From: a virus
Lineage: Duplodnaviria > Caudoviricetes
Reading direction: 5' to 3' (one strand)
Length of the DNA: 31,078 nucleotides
Virus record (IMG/VR): IMGVR_UViG_3300025120_000308
Location: 1-31,078 of that record
Of the stretch, positions 25,301-31,078 are shown piece after piece (position 1 is the first letter of the stretch; each line of letters opens with the position of its first letter). The notes below the pieces were generated by a model. The model saw nothing but the letters and a program-made list of their open reading frames with translations. It was not told the origin of the DNA and did no database searches. Both the position numbers and the translations under genes were made by a program.

Positions 25301-28300
25301 GCATCACTATCTACTATAATCGTACTTTTATTGGATGTAATGGATGATTTTTGAGTTGGTTCAAAATTATACCAAAGGATTGATGGAACTTCATTAGTGA
25401 AATTGATTGAAAGACTAGCATCAGAATCAATCCCCATTTTCCCATTAGTTGATATCTCAAACTGTTCACTATTTCCTGAGGTAAGAAATCTGTTGTTAAA
25501 TTGAAGATCTCTAAAAATCTTCATTTCAAAAGCAGAATAAGATACTCCATTTGATATGAATGAAAGTGACGGATCCGAAAGATCAAATTTTAAAATGTTA
25601 TTTCTACTTACCTCTATAAATGGATTGATTCTAGATAGAGTTCCATCAGAAGTTGAGTTTATATCTACAAATTTAGGATTAAGTGATTTAAGTTCATTTT
25701 TCTCACTTACAAGTTTAATCTTATTAGAAGTATAGATGTACACATAGTACATTCCATTATCTGTAAGACCACTTGCTGGAGAAGAAGAGGTATATATTAC
25801 TTTATCTCCAGTTTTAAATGGAATACTTGAGAATTTAATTGTATTCTCGTCAATATCTACGTCAGCAGCAATAAAGTCTGTTGGATCAAATACGATTCTT
25901 CTATTATAATCATTATACTTAACAACAACATCAATTTCATTAGTAGGTCTAAGATCAAAGAATATCTTATTCTTATATGCAAGACCATGAGTGCCTGCTG
26001 TGGATACTGTAACTATGTTTTTAGATACATTGCCCTTCACAACATTAATCTTATCAGTAAGGAAACTGTGATTGGTTCCAGTTCCTATTCCTGTAAAATA
26101 TAAAAGACTAGTAGAGGTGTTTACACCAACATATGTTCCAGTTGAACCTAGTCCTACTTTATTGGAACTAATTCCAACATATCTATTATTAAGTGGGACT
26201 GCATACAACTTGTCATATGAAGATAAGTTAGTATATGCTACTCCTACTAATCCACTCCATACTTGAATAGATGTTCCATCATTTGGATTGTATTTGATTA
26301 TTTCATTTATTTTTAAACCGTGATTTGGAAGATATATGTTCCTTGTCTCAACAAATATCTGAGTGATTCCTGCTCCAGGATTTACGATTGATAAAGTATT
26401 ACCAATACCTACTGTTCCTACACCAATAGATTCTGAAGGCTCAAAATATATTTTCTTATTAAGTGTTAATGTTTGAGTAGTTTTAGCGGAACCAACTTTA
26501 ATAGCAAATCTTCTTGAATCATCTTCAATTATACTAGAAACAGTATGTGCAATAGCAACTGTGCTATTAACTGCTCTCTCTACTCTTAATCTACTAGGTT
26601 CAATCTTAAGAACTTTAACTTTTTCTGCTCCTATCTTGAGTATATCATCTACCATGATAGTAGGGTAACTCAAATTGCCAGATACCGAAATATACGTGTG
26701 AATTCCTGTAGATCCTTGAAGTCCGACTTCCTGTGCTAAGGAAAATTTAGATGTAGCAACTCCAATAGTAAAGTTGCCATCTAATCCGTCAAAGTAACGA
26801 GAAAGTCCATTGACGTTAATTATATCTTCATCATTAAATCCGTGTGGTACGGATGATACTCCTAAAAATTGATTCTTAGAACTTTGAGGAACAAACTCAA
26901 CTTCACTAATTTGCGTTGTGGCAATACTTACACTATTGATCTTTCTGCCAGATATTCTATCAACAGAAGCACGAGCATTCTTACCAAATTCTACAGTATT
27001 AAAAATAATCTTATCATTTATTTTATAGTTATCTCCGCCGGTGCTTATTCCAATAGATTCAACATTACCAGATTGTGCTGCGGTAACATTAATTTCTTGA
27101 GGTTTGCCTTTACTTGAATTCAAAATATAGTTATAAGAACTATATTGATCATTTAATCTGTATGGAGTTGTATTTCTTAACCAGTTGTTTGATTTTAGAT
27201 CATAATCAGATTGATTAGATGACTTTAAAAAATTAAAAGAGTTTGGTTTTGATTTAAAAGTTGGTCCAATAATATATGGAAAAGCAGGTCTTTTGAAGTT
27301 ATCAAAAGGACCAGTATTATCAACATTTGCGTTTATTGTAGCAAAATACGCATAAGTTCCATTTGGATATTCTGGAGTAACACATATCCTTCCATTATGC
27401 TCATCTAAATCCCCAGAACCAGTAAATTTATAATCTTCAACAAAAAATCCTTCACCGAATGATGAGAGAGGAGGTCTTTGAGATTGCTGTGTTACCAGTT
27501 CATATGACGATTTGATTCGTGTTACTGTTCCTCCAAATGCATTTGTATATGCATATGGTCCATAAATTGGATTCCCATCATATGCCCAACCAATAATTGG
27601 AGAATGTTCCAGAGATTCAATCTCAATACCATTATCTAAAATTAGATCTGTGTTTCCATAAATTTTATTTCCATTAGAATCCACGGAATATAAAGATTCT
27701 CGCAATTTTCTTGGTGCATAGACATGAGTATATTGAAGAGAGTTGTCTCTTGTATTTTGTATTACAAATCCATCATCATTTTTTATATTATCAAAATCAT
27801 TAGCAAAAACATCAATTATCCATTGTTGAATATTTGCTTTAATTGAACAATCGTTTCCAGATTTGACTACTGTTAACAAAATATTACCTTGACTATATCC
27901 TGCTCCACCACTTATAATTTTTACTTCTGTAATTTTTCCATCAACAATAATAGGAGTGAGTTTAGCGTAATTACCAAGTCCAGTCAAAACTAAATCTGGA
28001 GTAGAGTTATATCCTGATCCGCCCGATTGCACGATAACATCAATAATTTGACCATTAGATATAACAGGGAACAACTGTGCTTCCGAACCACTGACTAAAC
28101 TAATATTAGGTTGCCTATTGAAATTAATCGTAGTAGAGGCACCATATCCAACTCCTCCAGAAGTAGTATCAATAGATTCAATACTTCCTCGAAATATCGG
28201 TTGAATTTTACAGTTAAAATCTTGATTTGTTAATGTATTGACTCCAATAGTTCCACTAATATTAACTGAGATTGGTTCATAGTTAAATGAACCATTTCCA

Positions 28301-31078
28301 CTAGAAGTAATATTAACATATATGTTATTGCTATAATAGTAGTCCTTAGCAATACTTCCTGTTCCTATACCTGATAGTAAAAACTTATTATCATCCACTT
28401 TAGTTACATAATAATCAGTATTAGAAGAAATACCACTCACTGGGGTTGATCCTGGAGTATATCTAATAATATCACCTTCCATGTATCCATGGTTCGTAAT
28501 TACAAAGTTATCAGTAGATGTATTGATTCCACTAGATGGTATTGTTCTTTTTTGATTCTTATATCCAAATCCCGAATTTGTTACTAAAATATCAGTTACT
28601 ATTCTTTTTCTTTCTAATGTTTCTAGAGATTGTGTATCTTTCCCCTTTGAAAGTATCGTTACGGTATTGATGCCTGATTTAGAATCAGATAAAGTATTGT
28701 GGAGTTTAATTGTATACGCATCAACTATATTTGCATAGTATACTGAGTTAGTGGACAATCCTAAAATTGTGTCTGATCCTCCAGTTTTATATACTAACTT
28801 CTCAAAGTCTCTAAACTTATGAAAGGTTGAGAACCCTATAGTGCTATTGGTTGTGTTAACATTGCTACTTCCAGCACCGGCATTAAAAGTAACTGTATGA
28901 GAAACGGATGATACGTTTACTTTAGCAGCAGCATCTTGTCCTCCTCCACCTTTAATTTCAATTATTGGTGTAGTAACATAATCATATCCAGTATCAATTA
29001 TATTAATTTTCTCCAAAGAACCTTGAACAGAAATATCACCAACAACACCAAATCCCTTAGTATCTGTAACCAGTAATACTGGCGGATTAACTACATCGTA
29101 TCCATATCCCTTATTAATAACTTCAAAATTATTGATTTTTCCATGATATACACTTTTAGAAGACTTAAAGTTAAGAATCTCAACTCCATTAATCAAGATG
29201 CCAGTAGGTCCTGGTTGTGTAAAGAATGTACCTGATTTGTTGTCTGGAGTCAGTACTTGACGCACAATGGGTTGTGGTAAGAGTTGCTTACCATAGTTAT
29301 TGTACAGTATAATCTTATTATTTTCTACAGAACCTATGGGTACGATATACTTGTTAGAGAACAAATCTGACTTACTTTTGGCAAGTTGAATTTCTGTAGA
29401 ATTGACTCTCTTAACAAAATAAACTAATTCATCTAAGTTAGAGAACTGACTTTTAGTTTTATTAATAATTTGATTACCATCTGGAGTATTGGTGATCGTT
29501 TCTGTTATATTGCTCTTATAAAAAATAGCATCTCCAGTATATAATCCATGATCTCCTGTTGATTGTATTTTCAGTACTCCCAGTCCAGTTGCACTACCTG
29601 AGAAAGTGATTTCTTTATTATATGGGTTTAAAACTGTATCAAGATATGATGGAATAGAATTACTAGCAATCAGCAAGTCTCCATTAAATTTAGTATACAC
29701 ATTCTGAATATTGGAGTAATATTTTTGAATGATTGGGTAGTTATTAGACAATCCCTTCAAAACAATATTCTTTAATTCATATCTTAATGAAAGTTCAGAT
29801 GTTGGTATGCTTGATGATAATTTGACAGTAAATCCTTTATTGGTATTGATTGACGTAACATCGCCCTCTCGTATAACTCCATTTGAACCAATAAGTCTTA
29901 CCTTATATCCATTATAAAAATAATGATTAGAGTTTAACTCTACTTTATAAGTAGATTCACTTTCATCTATAAGAATAATTTCTTTAACATTCCAGTTTGT
30001 TTTTATATTGAAGACCCAGTTATTCTCTTTAAAATTAGATGAAGGGTATCCTAGTGTTTTAACACTAATACTATCATCAGAGTTCAGAGAAAAAGTATCA
30101 TCAAAGACATTAAAATCTTTAAGGGATCCAGTAATACGAACATTTATAATATCATCTATTCCTATTCCTTTATAACTATAAGCAAAATCATTTTCTACTA
30201 CATTGGATGTATCTGGAATTTCAGTAGTTAGGGTTGTTATTCCAATAAATTGGTTGATTGATTTTGAAGTATATTGAACAACTATATTGTTATAGTCCTT
30301 ATCCTTCAGAATAATTTCTCCAGTACTACCAAAACTTACTGTGGAGTCAACATCAATAATAGTAGCACCAATACCCGCAGTGTTTACTAGTTGAGTTTTT
30401 GCTGCTGGTTCAAATGTGCTGTAAACTGTTCCATTTACATTAATGTCTCTTTGATATCCATAATCAATAGAAACTTGATAATATTCACTTTTGGTATTAA
30501 ATGCTTCTTTATCAATACCTAGTGAAGCATAATCCCAATTTAATTTTTCTACGTTGCAGACAGACCCTCTTGCTTTTGTAGAGTCCTGGTATATTGTACG
30601 CCCTTTTAAATCTAAAGGATCTCCAATATTTTTCTCGACCACCATATCAATGGTAACTCTATAATCTGCATCAGATGGTTTAAACAGATATTGGCTTGGC
30701 CTTATAACTGAAGAGTCTTTTCCATACAATGCTCTGAAAAGAATCTCAATTGAATCATCTGTACCTTTTGAATCGTAGAAAGACTTAGATCCAAAAATAA
30801 AGTTTCTTTGATTGAGATCACTAACTATTGCTCTATCTTCAAATCCAGGAATGACTTGATTTTTAAGTTTTCTAAAAAACTCTTTTAGAAAACGAATACT
30901 TAAATTATAAACTACGGTGTCTTTGGTATGACTTGCTGCTAAGGTTTCTTTAAATACTAGTTCATCTGGGGTATTGGTCCCAGAGTAACTTGTAACGCCA
31001 CTGAAACCCCGCACACACCCCTCAAACGAGGTATCTGTCTTATGAGTATAAGAAATTATTTCATCATCAATTAAAAGT
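19312..31078 (-). CDS. gp7: Giant baseplate wedge initiator (T4 gp7-like), >3,900 aa, 5' end outside window
   Basis: Frame stays open beyond the track's GTG at 31014 to the window edge (LLIDDEIISYTHKTDTSFEGCVRGF). gp7-type motifs FYDSKGT..SIEILFRALYG (~30720-30790) and YYQNLSYSI.S...W...V..LVH.SG (~23960-24060); directly upstream of gp8. Confidence 0.85.
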   Translation of the reverse strand, partial: LLIDDEIISYTHKTDTSFEGCVRGFSGVTSYSGTNTPDELVFKETLAASHTKDTVVYNLSIRFLKEFFRKLKNQVIPGFEDRAIVSDLNQRNFIFGSKSFYDSKGTDDSIEILFRALYGKDSSVIRPSQYLFKPSDADYRVTIDMVVEKNIGDPLDLKGRTIYQDSTKARGSVCNVEKLNWDYASLGIDKEAFNTKSEYYQVSIDYGYQRDINVNGTVYSTFEPAAKTQLVNTAGIGATIIDVDSTVSFGSTGEIILKDKDYNNIVVQYTSKSINQFIGITTLTTEIPDTSNVVENDFAYSYKGIGIDDIINVRITGSLKDFNVFDDTFSLNSDDSISVKTLGYPSSNFKENNWVFNIKTNWNVKEIILIDESESTYKVELNSNHYFYNGYKVRLIGSNGVIREGDVTSINTNKGFTVKLSSSIPTSELSLRYELKNIVLKGLSNNYPIIQKYYSNIQNVYTKFNGDLLIASNSIPSYLDTVLNPYNKEITFSGSATGLGVLKIQSTGDHGLYTGDAIFYKSNITETITNTPDGNQIINKTKSQFSNLDELVYFVKRVNSTEIQLAKSKSDLFSNKYIVPIGSVENNKIILYNNYGKQLLPQPIVRQVLTPDNKSGTFFTQPGPTGILINGVEILNFKSSKSVYHGKINNFEVINKGYGYDVVNPPVLLVTDTKGFGVVGDISVQGSLEKINIIDTGYDYVTTPIIEIKGGGGQDAAAKVNVSSVSHTVTFNAGAGSSNVNTTNSTIGFSTFHKFRDFEKLVYKTGGSDTILGLSTNSVYYANIVDAYTIKLHNTLSDSKSGINTVTILSKGKDTQSLETLERKRIVTDILVTNSGFGYKNQKRTIPSSGINTSTDNFVITNHGYMEGDIIRYTPGSTPVSGISSNTDYYVTKVDDNKFLLSGIGTGSIAKDYYYSNNIYVNITSSGNGSFNYEPISVNISGTIGVNTLTNQDFNCKIQPIFRGSIESIDTTSGGVGYGASTTINFNRQPNISLVSGSEAQLFPVISNGQIIDVIVQSGGSGYNSTPDLVLTGLGNYAKLTPIIVDGKITEVKIISGGAGYSQGNILLTVVKSGNDCSIKANIQQWIIDVFANDFDNIKNDDGFVIQNTRDNSLQYTHVYAPRKLRESLYSVDSNGNKIYGNTDLILDNGIEIESLEHSPIIGWAYDGNPIYGPYAYTNAFGGTVTRIKSSYELVTQQSQRPPLSSFGEGFFVEDYKFTGSGDLDEHNGRICVTPEYPNGTYAYFATINANVDNTGPFDNFKRPAFPYIIGPTFKSKPNSFNFLKSSNQSDYDLKSNNWLRNTTPYRLNDQYSSYNYILNSSKGKPQEINVTAAQSGNVESIGISTGGDNYKINDKIIFNTVEFGKNARASVDRISGRKINSVSIATTQISEVEFVPQSSKNQFLGVSSVPHGFNDEDIINVNGLSRYFDGLDGNFTIGVATSKFSLAQEVGLQGSTGIHTYISVSGNLSYPTIMVDDILKIGAEKVKVLKIEPSRLRVERAVNSTVAIAHTVSSIIEDDSRRFAIKVGSAKTTQTLTLNKKIYFEPSESIGVGTVGIGNTLSIVNPGAGITQIFVETRNIYLPNHGLKINEIIKYNPNDGTSIQVWSGLVGVAYTNLSSYDKLYAVPLNNRYVGISSNKVGLGSTGTYVGVNTSTSLLYFTGIGTGTNHSFLTDKINVVKGNVSKNIVTVSTAGTHGLAYKNKIFFDLRPTNEIDVVVKYNDYNRRIVFDPTDFIAADVDIDENTIKFSSIPFKTGDKVIYTSSSPASGLTDNGMYYVYIYTSNKIKLVSEKNELKSLNPKFVDINSTSDGTLSRINPFIEVSRNNILKFDLSDPSLSFISNGVSYSAFEMKIFRDLQFNNRFLTSGNSEQFEISTNGKMGIDSDASLSINFTNEVPSILWYNFEPTQKSSITSNKSTIIVDSDAYAFNEINVVRTKLDGPRDIASIGSTTFTFNIASAPNIISFGPSNCNASYETTSKTAQGAISKVKILDPGSGYKTIPSISSIRSGFGTGAYLEPDSNNIGKLLKSEFNSTNIGYDYPTDPTLRVLAGVPEVIKLSPLSSFQSIGITSSGINYLVAPDLIVIDGVSDKIVDIDLKYNLGDTEVKILKNTSSLYNVPPTILPVNNSNGFSISSITYNNSTKIVRLFLTHQFSGGDFPFELGKSILVENISVGVGSTGSGFNSKDYNYVLFSVSGVNTAAGGSGAYVEYDLNQYIGAGYPGNYSKDSLGRVIPKVNFPIFDSQIRKNNFLKGERFEGPSYKGRVDSYNGNIEVLKAKINGVARPGDIVRGATSGAEGRIESITVFDAEINIGTGTTIARGWQKNTGFLNDNLQKLPDNEYYQNLSYSISSEIDFNTWSDPVSSLVHTSGFKKYADMQIFSGELNNDLKLTVSTPDSNIETIVDITSSADLNCYYDFDSAIERTKRLGNVDVSDEIVFDTIFLADYFESVGNRVLSIDDLSTQFNSNERTTPFEVVSIFGSDFKYNKLITHVRDRIFTDERQFAIISCLQDNDIGYINQFASIESYPSLGYYDYDSGSDGWKLLFYPTKFEINTYDVSTTNFAILTGVSTEGSKGFGDVAFIKSKITNVPASTNTDIISIGATYRSAKVMANFEASDNKMFVSELNLVHDGTDVYQLELGSIDENEGLTGVGFGTFDARLSGGNIIVKFFPNVALAMTCTASIIAISDAGTTASNTLLDVTRVGSSYSTIVSSGSPTANVVASYEDPSESAYYFMSIEDTTNNKYEILEFAALNSSTNDVYVEWANINTGGTIGTVGVAASTSGLQIVYTPEPNINVDVRTYFTEMRIYDNNPRIDEINMFSTVIKTDHGDYEGTKLDLKTTFDLKHDGLDIFRRVFDGSSAATVDVSNNKVIIPNHYFVGGESIEYSHPGTGTTMAIVIDNTTFPSIGATTKLPNTELFVIKIDEAAIQLATSAENALSVPPVPVGISAVGAGASHAFNSTNQNTKALLTIDNMIQSPLAVTNITTTLDQDIIFDLVFNTTGVTSFTSGDVIKIDDEYMILRTIGVGNTIKVSVSRGSFGSNVAIHSTGASITKYDGNYNIINNQLVFGVAPTGNSPLSTTTGDPSSRDWTGITTSSNFQGRTFMKGAGAGTTNETYYQNYVFDSVSDRFTGIGQTYTLTSNDSNITGITTNSIILVNGIHQTPQGVQAYKGDYNIIEDLPAGISSIRFTGSPSSSGYDYNKSTLPSGGQFISLGSTGGFGYQPLVSAGGTALVSAAGTITSISIGNSGSGYRSGIQSVVNVGVQTYSGVLANIEFIGTANISGGNVVSVAITNPGTGYTSTNAPVVVFDEPLSYTNIPLIFSSSSPSDVGRSATADIIVGQGSSIIDFEIRNTGYGYREGEILTVALGGATGIPTDTTKTFDEFQIIVDRIHTDSFAGWSIGQFQVFDRLDDQFDGTTKAFRLSVNEETISIQSQRGSNIELDQTLLVFINDVLQKPGEAYQFNGGSIITFSEAPKGSLVGYGNTGDTSKILFYKGAGDSDVIFTDIVETVKVGDLLKLSNNPDLNQPITLNQDFRTVTGINTVDSLATNSYIGPGVTTDQTLHRPINWCKQKVDKIIDGDEIGKDRLSYEPSIFPAAYLTQSLSISTTIVYVDTVRPLFDSRNESNIRGFQNSIVVNTQDVLVGASVTAVVSIAGTISSFVITNSGQGYVGLSTIAISVAPPIGLGNTHRASGVGSITSGKLSTVSVNTIGSGYTYTHPPTVIIEEPILVKEVMPVSSYNGDYGNIVGFGTTTSGSFNQLRFDFYIPVDSDMRNTSIVGTAVTVSGISTGEYFTVFNSNISPAVGSALTSLYNDGTTLGITTSFMDGVFQVYSASTIQTNVVGVGTTAIRRLITNVGSISTVSYGTTSFGSFSWGKINVNRSSISTTFSSYNENGYAGISTSALVTRRDALKFNNYV

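Noticed and set aside
3118-27117. Many 60-107 aa plus-strand and alternate-frame ORFs nested within large genes
   Set aside because: Expected antisense/off-frame by-products of codon bias in long genes; no promoter, RBS or motif support.
31012-31014. GTG start of the gp7 ORF given by the track
   Set aside because: Frame remains open to the window edge and the upstream residues (LIDDEIISY...GCVRG) belong to the same module; true start is outside the window.
1-31078. Stop-codon reassignment, introns, inteins, DGR, tRNAs or mobile elements
   Set aside because: TAA, TAG and TGA all end genes at expected positions, coding is continuous with gaps under 50 bp, and no Hint, homing endonuclease, reverse transcriptase, transposase or tRNA-like signature was seen by eye.

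Overview
AT-rich segment of a large T4-like myovirus genome, most similar in gene content and order to marine cyanomyophages (Kyanoviridae-like; host not provable from this window). All real genes are on the minus strand and form one late (virion morphogenesis) cluster. In transcription order: giant gp7-like baseplate wedge protein (>3,900 aa, start outside window), gp8, 2,525-aa VrlC/DUF4815-like structural protein, two small conserved proteins, gp13, gp14, gp15, gp16 small terminase, then an accessory block where T4 has gp17 (1,139-aa coiled-coil plus beta-helix fibre-like protein, 110-aa and 58-aa partners, and a >389-aa ORF running off the window). The last two ORFs are missing from the supplied ORF track. 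T4-type late promoter motifs (TATAAATA/nTAAATA) precede several genes. Best candidates for something undescribed: (1) the >389-aa ORF, a string of small basic, mostly Cys-paired modules separated by acidic linkers ending in hydrophobic-x-Glu sites, which looks like a prohead-protease-processed polyprotein; (2) a pervasive G-[IVL]-(x)-[ST]-[ST] motif across unrelated outer virion proteins; (3) several short modules reused between core structural genes. Family assignments are from motif recognition by eye; no database search was run.
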